Source of the DNA: Escherichia phage ST-T-K
Length of the DNA stretch: 28,657 nucleotides
Reading direction: 5' to 3' (one strand)
Sequence record: OR992647.1
Made by a program: the position numbers and the translations under genes. The notes under the pieces were generated by a model. That model was not told the origin of the DNA. It saw only the letters and a list, made by a program, of their open reading frames with translations, and ran no database searches. Positions 1 to 8,145 of the stretch are shown piece by piece. Each line of letters opens with the position of its first letter. Within the stretch, counting starts at the first letter, position 1.

Positions 1-2
1 TA

Positions 3-1127
3 CTGGTCAACGACGACATGGTGAAACAGTGCGACGCGTACATCGACCACTGGCGGCCCCTCCTTGAAGTAGCGGAGTTTGTCCAGCTTGAGATGCGCGC
101 CGATCTCACCCGTGTCTTGCATCCGGGCTTCGAGATAGACGGCAACAAGGTGAAGACGTTCGGTACTGCCGATATGGTCATGGTCATGAAGAAGACCGAC
201 GGCACGTACATGCTTATTGTTGGCGACCTGAAGACCGGGCGACATAAGGTCGAGGCGAAAGAAAACAAACAGCTTATGTTGTACGCGCTGGGACTGCTGC
301 GCAAGCTGCAAACCATGTACGACATTACGACCGTTCGCCTGGTAATCTTCCAGCCGTATTGCGGCGGGGCGTCGGAGTGGGATATTACAGTGGAAGCGCT
401 GGAGATATTCGCTAAGTTTGCGTCCAAGCGAGCGCTCGCGGCACTGGACGCGTATTCCCGCGGCAAGAAGGGACTTACCCGTGCCGACTTCCGACCGAGC
501 GTTGACGCCTGTCAGTGGTGCCGATTTGCGGATCAGTGTAGTGCCCGCGCTAAGGCCGCCATCGACACGATGACCCCACCAACGGCAACAGACGACGACC
601 TGGCGGACGACGTGAGCGTGGCGACAGAAGAAGAATGCGCCAACCACGACCGCAATACAGCCCGCGAAGCCCGGAAAGCGGCACGACGTGCGAAGCGCGG
701 CGATAAGGAAGAATCCAATGGCGCTATGAGCGCGGCGGAACTGCGTAGGGCATACGAAGGTCTTGACGCAATGCGCCAGCACATCAAGGCTATCGAGTCC
801 GCAGTATTCAAGGCCGTAATGGCGGGTGATGGCGAATCGCTGGGCCTCAAGATGGTTGCCGGCAAGGAAGGTAATCGCAAGTGGGCGGACGAGAGCGAAG
901 TGATTGAAATCTTCACGAAGGCCCGGATCAAGCGCGATGTAATGTATAAAGAAACATTGCTCAGTCCTACGGATGCCGAGAAGGTATTGAAGGACGAGAA
1001 ACCGAAAGTGTGGGCGAAGTTGTGTGATAAAATCACGCGCGCCCCGGCTAAACCGGTATTGGCACCAATCGACGACCCGCGCCCTGCGTGGTCAGAAGCT
1101 ACCGACGAGGATTTAGGTAATGAATAA
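3..1127 (+). CDS. PD-(D/E)XK nuclease, Cas4/RecB-like with Cys cluster (DUF2800-like); 5' end probably outside window
   Basis: Reading frame is open from the window edge to the first ATG at 18, which has no Shine-Dalgarno. Motifs TADMVMVMKK and LIVGDLKTG fit the D and D-x-K elements of RecB-type nucleases. Cys cluster CQWCRFADQC follows. C-terminal half is Lys/Ala/Glu-rich. Stop at 1125-1127. Confidence 0.55.
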   Translation: MVNDDMVKQCDAYIDHWRPLLEVAEFVQLEMRADLTRVLHPGFEIDGNKVKTFGTADMVMVMKKTDGTYMLIVGDLKTGRHKVEAKENKQLMLYALGLLRKLQTMYDITTVRLVIFQPYCGGASEWDITVEALEIFAKFASKRALAALDAYSRGKKGLTRADFRPSVDACQWCRFADQCSARAKAAIDTMTPPTATDDDLADDVSVATEEECANHDRNTAREARKAARRAKRGDKEESNGAMSAAELRRAYEGLDAMRQHIKAIESAVFKAVMAGDGESLGLKMVAGKEGNRKWADESEVIEIFTKARIKRDVMYKETLLSPTDAEKVLKDEKPKVWAKLCDKITRAPAKPVLAPIDDPRPAWSEATDEDLGNE

Positions 1128-1362
1128 AGTATTCGCATTCGTATTGATGATTATGCTCGGCGCGCTGGGCTTTATCCTGCATTGCGTGCAGGGCGTGTTA
1201 ATGGCGGCCTGGATGATTCGCCATCCGTCCCGCTGGCTGGACGACGGATATAGCGACGTCGCCGTCGACTGGGTTGCGAAGCACATCGACCGCCCGCCGT
1301 TAAGCTGGATCGAGAACGCCACCAACTACGTGACACGAAATCTTTTTAATAAAAGTGCTTGA
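1120..1362 (+). CDS. small membrane protein (one N-terminal TM helix), unknown function
   Basis: ATG at 1120 overlaps the upstream stop by 8 nt; GAGGA at 1107-1111. Hydrophobic segment FAFVLMIMLGALGFILHCVQGVLMAAWMI. Confidence 0.45.
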   Translation: MNKVFAFVLMIMLGALGFILHCVQGVLMAAWMIRHPSRWLDDGYSDVAVDWVAKHIDRPPLSWIENATNYVTRNLFNKSA

Positions 1363-1387
1363 CCGCTTAGACGCAACCAAGTAAATT
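1359..1387 (+). promoter_or_regulatory. candidate sigma70-type early promoter (TTGACC-17-TAAATT) overlapping two GCAACCAAG direct repeats
   Basis: TTGACC at 1359-1364, 17-nt spacer, TAAATT at 1382-1387. GCAACCAAG at 1373-1381 and 1389-1397, which is the reverse complement of the TTGGTTGC element seen at other early intergenic sites. Confidence 0.35.
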
Positions 1388-1451
1388 AGCAACCAAGCCG
1401 AACGGGGTGGCTAACAATAACCCCGATACATGCGAAATGAGGAATTTGAAA

Positions 1452-2240
1452 ATGGCTAAAGTCAACCTGAAAAATGTACGTGTATGCTTCCTGAAAATTT
1501 GGGAACGTGATACTCCTAAACAGGATGGACAAAAACCGGCATACCGTGCCGTGATTCTTCTTGATAAAGAAGATCCGCAGGTGGACAAAGTGGAAGCGGC
1601 AGCGCGCGCAGTGCTTACCGACAAGCTGAAATCCGAGAAGAACGCCGATAAGTGGATGGACCGCCACTACGCCCAGGATTCTAAGGAATGCGCGGTTCGT
1701 GACGGTGACGAGCGCGACGAAGTAACCGAAGAGTTTGAAGGCATGTTGTATATCAACGCCAAATCGTTCAAACAGCCTAACATCCAAACGTCACTGGGCG
1801 AGAAGCAGACCGAACAGGGTCTGACTATCGACGGCGACGAGATCGAAGGCCAGGAAATCTATTCCGGTTGTTATTGCAACGTGTCCCTGGATATTTGGGC
1901 GTGGAACAACACCAACGGCAAAGGCCTCGGTGCCGGTTTGATGGGTCTTCGCTTCCGCGACGACGGTGATTCCTTCGGTGGCGGCGGATCTTCTTGCTCC
2001 GACGATGACCTGGGTGACGATGACGAAGATGAAGCACCGCGCAAGTCTAAGAAGTCCAAACGTCGTGACGACGAAGACGAAGACGACAAGCCGCGCAAGT
2101 CCAAGAAATCCAAGCGCCGCGATGACGACGACGAAGACGAGGAAGATGAGAAACCTCGCAAGCGTCGTAAGTCCCGCGATGACGAAGATGAGGACGAAGA
2201 CGACGAAGACGAAGCACCACGTAAACGTCGCCGCCGTTAA
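1452..2240 (+). CDS. ssDNA-binding protein, T7 gp2.5-like (DUF2815-like) with repetitive acidic/basic C-terminal tail
   Basis: ATG at 1452 with GAGGAA at 1439-1444 (7-nt spacer); the ORF track's upstream GTG at 1407 lacks an RBS. Architecture resembles gp2.5-type SSBs (N-terminal MAKVNLKNVRV, glycine-rich segment, charged tail). Sits between nuclease and polymerase. Confidence 0.6.
   Translation: MAKVNLKNVRVCFLKIWERDTPKQDGQKPAYRAVILLDKEDPQVDKVEAAARAVLTDKLKSEKNADKWMDRHYAQDSKECAVRDGDERDEVTEEFEGMLYINAKSFKQPNIQTSLGEKQTEQGLTIDGDEIEGQEIYSGCYCNVSLDIWAWNNTNGKGLGAGLMGLRFRDDGDSFGGGGSSCSDDDLGDDDEDEAPRKSKKSKRRDDEDEDDKPRKSKKSKRRDDDDEDEEDEKPRKRRKSRDDEDEDEDDEDEAPRKRRRR
2001..2237 (+). repeat. in-frame imperfect tandem repeats encoding alternating poly-Asp/Glu and PRKSKKSKRR blocks
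   Basis: Translation shows DDDEDEAPRKSKKSKRRDDEDEDDKPRKSKKSKRRDDDDEDEEDEKPRKRRKSRDDEDEDEDDEDEAPRKRRRR; the underlying DNA shows repeated gacgaagacga / ccgcgcaagtccaag units. Confidence 0.7.
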
Positions 2241-2258
2241 GGGCAAAGCCCACTATTC

Positions 2259-2285
2259 AAGCCCGCTTAATGCGGGCTTTTTATT
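2259..2285 (+). terminator. rho-independent terminator after SSB gene
   Basis: Stem GCCCGC (2261-2266) / GCGGGC (2272-2277), loop TTAAT, then TTTTTATT. Confidence 0.7.
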
Positions 2286-2298
2286 AGGACAATGAAAA

Positions 2299-2469
2299 AT
2301 GCGTATTAAAGCCAGTGAAGTAAAAGTCGGAATGCGTGTGTGGTCCAAATTGCTGGGCGAGTATTTTACCGTTGCCGAGATTCGCAACAACGGCGAAGAG
2401 ATTGCCCTTTCCGACGGTATCTTCTCCATGATCGGCAGCGCTGACGCCGTAGTGAGGATAAAGCAATGA
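2299..2469 (+). CDS. small hypothetical protein (56 aa), translationally coupled to DNA polymerase
   Basis: Not in the ORF track (under 60 aa). ATG at 2299 with AGGA at 2286-2289; translates MRIKASEVKVGMRVWSKLLGEYFTVAEIRNNGEEIALSDGIFSMIGSADAVVRIKQ; TGA at 2467-2469 overlaps the polymerase ATG at 2466 (ATGA). Confidence 0.4.
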   Translation: MRIKASEVKVGMRVWSKLLGEYFTVAEIRNNGEEIALSDGIFSMIGSADAVVRIKQ

Positions 2470-4757
2470 AAGACTTAGAACGCCTATTTCTCGACACCGA
2501 GACGTTTAGCGGGGTGGACCTGAAGAAAGCAGGTGCGTATGCCTACGCGGAACACCCCACCACCGAGATTATGATTTGCACCTACGCCATCGACGAGGGC
2601 CGCGTGCAGACATGGGACGCCACTGAATCCCCAACAATGCCGCGTGAACTGCGCAAGGCGCTCCGCCGCGTATCCCGCAAGAAAGCAAAAATAGTGATGG
2701 CTAACGGCCTCCTGTTTGACCGCCTGGTTATCCGTGAAAAGTGGGGTATCGACCTGCCGGTAAGCCAGATCGAAGATACTATGATTATGGCCTTCCGACA
2801 CGCGCTGCCGGGTAGCCTCGATATGCAATGCCAGGTGCTGGGCGTTGACGCAGAGCACGCGAAGGATAAGGCGGGCAAGGCGCTGATCAAACGGTTCTGT
2901 AAGCCTACCCCTAAGACCTACAAAATCCGCCGCTACACCCGCGACACACACCCTGAAGAATGGGCTAAATTCCTGCGCTATGCCGCGCTGGATATTATCG
3001 CAATGCGTGAAGTCTACTGGCGCATACCGGACTGGGGTAACACGCCGAAGGAAGACGAAATCCTGCTTATTGACCAGTTGATTAACGACCGTGGCTTCTA
3101 TGTGGACGTTGACCTGGCTAACGCCGCGATCAAGGCGGTGCAGGTGCATAAAGAGGAATTGAAGGAAGAAGCCTGGGAACTGTTCGGCGGTAAGCTGACC
3201 GGCAATGACTTCCTGCCAATCCTGCGTGATATTGCCCCGGCGTTCACAATTCACAACGCGCAGAAATCCACGCTGAATGACTTGCTGGAAGATCCAGACT
3301 TCCCCGACGAGGGCAAAGTGCTTATTGAGATGCGCCTCGGTGCGTCATCAACGGCATCGACTAAATACAATCCGCTCGTAAACGGTCTTTCTGCCGATGG
3401 TCGCCGCCGTGGTTGTCTTCAGTATGGTGGGGCAAAGCGCACACTACGCTGGGCTGGTAAAGGCTTTCAACCTCAAAACCTGGCACGTGGCGAGTACAGT
3501 GATGACCACGAAGGGAAGATTAAGCGCCGCGAAGGTGAGAGCGACGTCTCGTTTTGGGTACGGTCGCACATGCTCACCAACGGCATCAACTCCCTGTTAC
3601 GCGGGACCGCGCACTGGGCGTATGACATATCGAAGCTGACCGCCTCGACCGTTCGCGGGTGCATTATCCCGGCTAAGGGCAAGAAGTTTGTCGTAGCGGA
3701 CTACTCCAACGTGGAAGGGCGCGGCCTTGCCTGGATCGCAGGCGAGAAAACCGCATTAATGGTGTTTAAGGCCGGACGCGATATCTATTGTGAAACTGCC
3801 GGTAAGATGTTCGGCCTCGACCCGGACTACATTAAAGCCAACCGCAAAGACTTGCGCCAGATTGGTAAGGCGTGTGAATTGGGGCTGGGCTATGGTGGCG
3901 GCGTTGCTGCGTTCTTGCAATTCGCTAAAAACCTGGGCCTCGACCTGTACGCAATGGCTGACGTCATGAAGGGTACATTCCCGGATCACATTTGGGCGGC
4001 GGCGAAGCGAGGCTATGAGTTTGCCCGCATCAACGAAGCGAAGCGACCGCCGAAGCCGGGCAAGAAAGACGAGCGCCCAACCTACATACTGCCTAAAAAT
4101 GTATGGTTGACCTGTGACGCGATTAAACGCATGTGGCGTGAGTCTCACCCGAAGACCGTAGATTTTTGGTCCGAGCTTGAGCACGCGGTGTTAAACGCAA
4201 TACGCAATCCGGGTAAGGCATACTGGGCTGGCGCGAACGTTCGCCCGGATGGTAAGAAAGCGCTCAAAATTGTTCGCACGAAGGCGAAGCATGACCCAAC
4301 CTTCGACGAGGAGCGCGACGACCCGAACGCGGCGGGCTGGTGGCTGAAGGTTGAGTTGCCGTCCGGGCGAATCATGAGCTACCCCGGCATCGCGTTGTCT
4401 GTCACTACCGAGATTGACGAAGACACCGGCAAGAAGCGCACCAGCACTCGCATAAAATACCAGGGCGAGAATCAGACTACGCGCCAGTGGGGATTCCAGT
4501 ACACCTACGGCGGCAAACTGACGGAGAACATCGTACAGGCGTTGTGCCGCGATATCCTCGCATGGTCCATGCCTGGTGTCGAAGCTGCGGGCTATGAAAT
4601 CGTCCTGTCAGTGCATGATGAATTGATCACCGAAGTGCCAGACACAGACGACTACACGACCGAGGAGCTATGCGCGCTGATGTGCGACCTGCCGATATGG
4701 GCGAACGGTTTCCCACTTGCCGCCGAAGGCGACATTATGTACCGGTACAGGAAGTAA
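2466..4757 (+). CDS. DNA polymerase, family A (Pol I-like) with N-terminal 3'-5' exonuclease domain
   Basis: 763 aa. N-terminal Exo I motif DTETFSG; polymerase motif B RQIGKACELGLGYGGG; motif C LSVHDELITEV. Confidence 0.9.
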   Translation: MKDLERLFLDTETFSGVDLKKAGAYAYAEHPTTEIMICTYAIDEGRVQTWDATESPTMPRELRKALRRVSRKKAKIVMANGLLFDRLVIREKWGIDLPVSQIEDTMIMAFRHALPGSLDMQCQVLGVDAEHAKDKAGKALIKRFCKPTPKTYKIRRYTRDTHPEEWAKFLRYAALDIIAMREVYWRIPDWGNTPKEDEILLIDQLINDRGFYVDVDLANAAIKAVQVHKEELKEEAWELFGGKLTGNDFLPILRDIAPAFTIHNAQKSTLNDLLEDPDFPDEGKVLIEMRLGASSTASTKYNPLVNGLSADGRRRGCLQYGGAKRTLRWAGKGFQPQNLARGEYSDDHEGKIKRREGESDVSFWVRSHMLTNGINSLLRGTAHWAYDISKLTASTVRGCIIPAKGKKFVVADYSNVEGRGLAWIAGEKTALMVFKAGRDIYCETAGKMFGLDPDYIKANRKDLRQIGKACELGLGYGGGVAAFLQFAKNLGLDLYAMADVMKGTFPDHIWAAAKRGYEFARINEAKRPPKPGKKDERPTYILPKNVWLTCDAIKRMWRESHPKTVDFWSELEHAVLNAIRNPGKAYWAGANVRPDGKKALKIVRTKAKHDPTFDEERDDPNAAGWWLKVELPSGRIMSYPGIALSVTTEIDEDTGKKRTSTRIKYQGENQTTRQWGFQYTYGGKLTENIVQALCRDILAWSMPGVEAAGYEIVLSVHDELITEVPDTDDYTTEELCALMCDLPIWANGFPLAAEGDIMYRYRK

Positions 4758-4761
4758 TATT

Positions 4762-4953
4762 ATGAAAGCAGAATTAAGCATAATGCGCGCTGGCGCGACG
4801 GACGATGACGAGATTCGAATCGTCCTTAGACTGGAACGTGGCAAGACCATAACGGCGCTTGTCTCGCCTGAAAACCTGGCGCTGGCGCTAACCGGTCGGT
4901 CTGACATACCGGTAGACCTCCGTCTGCGTAACGTGGAGTTGCAAACCAAATGA
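4762..4953 (+). CDS. hypothetical protein (63 aa)
   Basis: ATG at 4762, 4 nt after the polymerase stop; ends in ATGA overlap with the next gene at 4950. The track's longer version starts inside the polymerase gene. Confidence 0.45.
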   Translation: MKAELSIMRAGATDDDEIRIVLRLERGKTITALVSPENLALALTGRSDIPVDLRLRNVELQTK

Positions 4954-5228
4954 CTCCAGAAGGCAAGATACAAAGTCACCTGATGAAGCTGGTTAAAGCC
5001 GTTGGCGGATTCTGCCGTAAGGTGATATGGGAGGGGCGCTCAGGTGCGCCCGACCTGATTATTATCATAAACGGCAGAGTAGTATTCGTCGAAGTGAAGC
5101 GCCCCGGCGGAAAACCGAAGCCGCACCAGGTGCGAGAACATGAGCGAATGGCCCGCCGCGGTGCTGACGTTCGTGTTATAGACACCATAGCCGACTGTGA
5201 TTTATTGGTTGCTGAATTGGTCGCGTAG
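4950..5228 (+). CDS. VRR-NUC domain nuclease (PD-(D/E)XK)
   Basis: 92 aa; motif GAPDLIIIINGRVVFVEVKRPGG carries the PD...(E)VK signature; C-terminal HQVREHE is typical of VRR-NUC. Confidence 0.8.
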   Translation: MTPEGKIQSHLMKLVKAVGGFCRKVIWEGRSGAPDLIIIINGRVVFVEVKRPGGKPKPHQVREHERMARRGADVRVIDTIADCDLLVAELVA

Positions 5229-5237
5229 CGGTATAGT
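5205..5237 (+). promoter_or_regulatory. candidate early promoter with paired TTGGTTGC / TTGGTCGC elements
   Basis: TTGGTTGC at 5205-5212 and TTGGTCGC at 5217-5224; -35-like TTGCTG at 5209-5214, 17-nt spacer, TATAGT at 5232-5237; precedes the ATG at 5269. Lies within the 3' end of the VRR-NUC gene. Confidence 0.4.
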
Positions 5238-5268
5238 GTGCCGGTTAGCCCTATCGAGGATTTTAGAA

Positions 5269-5442
5269 ATGATTGAAGAAAAACGTTGTAGTAATTGCGG
5301 CTGTATCAAGCCGCTATCCCAGTTCCACAAATACACCGGGAAGACCGCGCGAAGTCCGGACGGGCATCGGGCCGAGTGCAAATCGTGCCGCAATAAGAAA
5401 GAGCGTGAACGGCAGCGCCGCTACCGCGCAGAACAAGAATAA
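5269..5442 (+). CDS. zinc-ribbon protein with basic C-terminus (candidate DNA-binding regulator)
   Basis: ATG at 5269 with GAGGA at 5256-5260; CSNCGC ... CKSCRNKKERERQRRYR gives a C-x2-C ... C-x2-C arrangement plus Arg/Lys-rich tail. Confidence 0.55.
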   Translation: MIEEKRCSNCGCIKPLSQFHKYTGKTARSPDGHRAECKSCRNKKERERQRRYRAEQE

Positions 5443-5449
5443 TCAATAC

Positions 5450-5472
5450 GGCGGGCTTGTCCCGCCCTTTTT
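5450..5472 (+). terminator. rho-independent terminator
   Basis: Stem GGCGGG (5450-5455) / CCCGCC (5461-5466), loop CTTGT, then C plus TTTTT (5468-5472). Confidence 0.65.
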
Positions 5473-5484
5473 GGAGACATGACG

Positions 5485-5703
5485 ATGAAAGAACATTACC
5501 GACTCACCAAGCTGGGCGAGTGCAAACCAGGTGATCGCGTGTGGTTTATTGCGGGCATGAATCACCCGCTGCCGCTGACAGTGTGCTGGCAGAAGTTTAA
5601 GAGCTTCCGCTCGACCGGTGTGCACATCGGACACGCCACCAACTACGACGCCACAAAGAGGAACTGGAACTGTGAAACCGAAGTCTGGAAAAAGGCGGAA
5701 TAA
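5485..5703 (+). CDS. hypothetical protein (72 aa)
   Basis: ATG at 5485 with GGAGA at 5473-5477 (7-nt spacer); stop TAA at 5701-5703, 4 nt before the helicase start. Confidence 0.5.
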   Translation: MKEHYRLTKLGECKPGDRVWFIAGMNHPLPLTVCWQKFKSFRSTGVHIGHATNYDATKRNWNCETEVWKKAE

Positions 5704-5707
5704 AGAG

Positions 5708-7132
5708 ATGGCAAGATTCCGACGTCGCGAATACCAGAAGTTGATAACCGCGTTTATTCTCAAGCACGAACGTTGCAATATTTGGGCGACAATGGGATCC
5801 GGTAAAACCGGCGCGACTATGTGGGCGCTCAACAAAATGTTCCAGACTGGCATCCTATCCAACCAGGAGGACCGCGTACTGGTGCTGGCCCCGCTGCGCG
5901 TTGCGTCGGGTACGTGGCCCCCGGAACAAGAAAAATGGAGATTCCCCGCCCTGCTGGTGGTAGACGGCACCGGGCCGGAGAAGGACCGCATTGCAGCGCT
6001 TGAAAGCGACGCTAACGTGGTTTGTGTTAACTACGATGTGGTTGAGTGGCTTGTAGAGTATTGCGGCGACGAGTGGCCTTTTACGGTCGTTGTTGCCGAT
6101 GAATCCACTAAGCTGAAAGGCTACCGCAGTAAGCAGGGCAGTAAGCGCGCACGCGCACTGGCGGCGATTGCACATAAGCACGTCAAGCGCTGGATCAACC
6201 TGACCGGCACGCCAGCACCAAACGGACTGAAAGACCTATGGGGTCAGACGTGGTTTGTCGACGGTGGCGAACGCCTCGGCAGTAGCTATCAGGCATTCAC
6301 CGACCGCTGGTTTATTAGCAAGCCTGTTAAGCCAGGCAGCTTCACTATGCAGCACGCCCCGCTCAAGAACTCCGAGAAGGAGATCCAACAACGCCTGTCA
6401 GACGTGTCGCTTACCGTTGATGCGGCTGAATACTTCGGATGTGACAAGCCAATCTATACGCCGGTTGTTGTGGACCTGCCGAAGAAAGCCCGCAGGATTT
6501 ACGACCAGTTCGAGAGCGAGCTATTTGCCGAACTGGAAAGCGGAACAGTGGAAGCGGCGAACGCTGCGGCGAAGACCATCAAGTGCCTCCAGCTTGCTTC
6601 CGGGGCCGTGTATAAGGTGGACGAGGACGGCGAACGGACCGACGAGTGGGAGAAGATTCACGACGCCAAGCTGGACGCGCTGGAAAGTATAGTAGAGGAG
6701 TTGAACGGCGCGCCGTTGCTCGTTGCGTATCAGTACAAGCACGACCTGGCACGTCTGAAGAAGAAATTTCCCCACGGCGTTGCGATGGGTAAGGGTAAGC
6801 AGGGTAATAAGGATATGGAAGCGTGGAACAGGGGCGAGATTCCCATCATGTTCGCACACCCAGCATCAGCGGGTCACGGCCTCAACTTGCAGGACGGAGG
6901 TCATCACCTGGCTATCTTCTCAGATACGTGGAACTATGAGCACTTTGCGCAGATCGTGGAGCGTATCGGGCCGGTCCGCCAGATGCAAGCCGGACACCCT
7001 CGACCGGTATTCGTCTATATTATCCAGGCACGCGGAACACTGGACGAACTGGTGGCCGACCGCCGCGACGGTAAGCGCGATATCCAGGACGATTTGATGG
7101 AATATATGAAAGCTAAGAAGGTGCGCAAGTGA
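5708..7132 (+). CDS. SNF2/DEAD-like superfamily 2 helicase
   Basis: Walker A MGSGKTG; motif II VVVADESTKL; C-terminal helicase region HPASAGHGLNLQDGGHHLAIFSDTWN. Start ATG at 5708 chosen over the track's upstream start, which overlaps the previous gene. Confidence 0.85.
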   Translation: MARFRRREYQKLITAFILKHERCNIWATMGSGKTGATMWALNKMFQTGILSNQEDRVLVLAPLRVASGTWPPEQEKWRFPALLVVDGTGPEKDRIAALESDANVVCVNYDVVEWLVEYCGDEWPFTVVVADESTKLKGYRSKQGSKRARALAAIAHKHVKRWINLTGTPAPNGLKDLWGQTWFVDGGERLGSSYQAFTDRWFISKPVKPGSFTMQHAPLKNSEKEIQQRLSDVSLTVDAAEYFGCDKPIYTPVVVDLPKKARRIYDQFESELFAELESGTVEAANAAAKTIKCLQLASGAVYKVDEDGERTDEWEKIHDAKLDALESIVEELNGAPLLVAYQYKHDLARLKKKFPHGVAMGKGKQGNKDMEAWNRGEIPIMFAHPASAGHGLNLQDGGHHLAIFSDTWNYEHFAQIVERIGPVRQMQAGHPRPVFVYIIQARGTLDELVADRRDGKRDIQDDLMEYMKAKKVRK

Positions 7133-7824
7133 TTATCTGGTCATTATTCGACGGCAGCGGCTTGATGATAGAGCGTGCTGCCGAGATGGGGCATAAGTGC
7201 TACTGTTTCAACTACTCCGAAGCCGATCACGGGTCTTACCTGGACTACCGGATTTATGGGCGCGGTATCCGCTATCGTAATGAGTTTATCGATCTGGACT
7301 TCGTGGACCGAGCTATGAATGGCGATTTCGGCACGCCGGATATTATCTACGCGTTTCCGCCGTGCACGGATCTAGCGGTTAGCGGTGCGCCAGCTTTCCC
7401 GCGCAAGCGTGCGAACGACCCAGCCTTTCAGCTTAAGGCCGTGCGCACCGCGAAGATTGCCGCTTACCTGGGTGACTTCTTTGAAGTGCCATATATGATT
7501 GAAAATCCGCGCAGTGTGCTATCCACCCAGTGGCGCAAGCCCAACCACTCGTTTGATCCGTGGGAGTACGGCGGATATCTGCCGGTGGATGACGTGCATC
7601 CGTTGTTCCCGGAATACATCAACGACCGCGATTCATATCCAAAGCTGACCTGTTTATGGACTGGCAACGGCTTTCGTATGCCAGAGAAAAAGCCGGTATT
7701 CGTTGAAAAAGGGTACTCGAAGCAGTATAGTCGCCTCGGTGGCAAATCTGCCCGCACCAAATTAATCCGGTCGCTCACTCCGCGCGGCTTCGCAATAGCA
7801 GTCAATGAGGAAAATTTAAAATGA
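7129..7824 (+). CDS. C5-cytosine methyltransferase-like protein, minimal (no recognisable target-recognition domain)
   Basis: GTG at 7129 overlaps the helicase stop (GTGA). Motif I-like LFDGSG, motif IV-like FPPCTDL (Pro-Cys), motif VI-like IENP. Only 231 aa. Confidence 0.55.
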   Translation: MIIWSLFDGSGLMIERAAEMGHKCYCFNYSEADHGSYLDYRIYGRGIRYRNEFIDLDFVDRAMNGDFGTPDIIYAFPPCTDLAVSGAPAFPRKRANDPAFQLKAVRTAKIAAYLGDFFEVPYMIENPRSVLSTQWRKPNHSFDPWEYGGYLPVDDVHPLFPEYINDRDSYPKLTCLWTGNGFRMPEKKPVFVEKGYSKQYSRLGGKSARTKLIRSLTPRGFAIAVNEENLK

Positions 7825-8144
7825 ATACTACATTCGAAGCCATCGACTTCTCGGTCGCAATGACTAACCAGTTATTCACCTACGACAGTAAGACCGGCGT
7901 CATCCGTCTGAAGTCCACCGGCTGCAAGATTGGCAACCTCAACACTGCCGATGGCGGCACGCGTATCGAATGCAACGGCAAGACGCTGTCTGGCGCGCGC
8001 GTGGCGTGGATTATTGAGACTGGCAATACAATCCCTCCCGGCTTCGCCGTTGTGTGTCGCCAGCGCACGCCAGGACACTACGGCAACCGCATGAGCAACC
8101 TGTATTTGGTAGACGTAGCGCGCGACCCGAATTTTTATGAATAA
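7821..8144 (+). CDS. hypothetical protein, weak resemblance to a degenerate HNH_3-type domain
   Basis: ATG at 7821 overlaps the upstream stop (ATGA). Segment ARVAWIIETGN ... GHYGNRMSNLYLV loosely resembles HNH_3 domains, but the catalytic His-Asn-His pattern is not intact. Confidence 0.4.
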   Translation: MNTTFEAIDFSVAMTNQLFTYDSKTGVIRLKSTGCKIGNLNTADGGTRIECNGKTLSGARVAWIIETGNTIPPGFAVVCRQRTPGHYGNRMSNLYLVDVARDPNFYE

Positions 8145-8145
8145 A

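Noticed and set aside
533-1138. 201-aa minus-strand ORF antisense to the nuclease gene
   Set aside because: Ser/Ala/Arg-rich low-complexity translation typical of the antisense of a GC-rich gene; no RBS; fully overlapped by a motif-bearing plus-strand gene.
1791-2246. Several minus-strand and alternate-frame ORFs over the SSB repeat region (including 1825-2037, 1871-2161, 1966-2295)
   Set aside because: Artifacts of the acidic/basic tandem repeat: poly-Ser or poly-Arg translations; the plus-strand SSB frame has the RBS and coherent sequence.
2484-3254. 256-aa minus-strand ORF inside the DNA polymerase gene
   Set aside because: Antisense to a gene with clear Pol A motifs; no start context.
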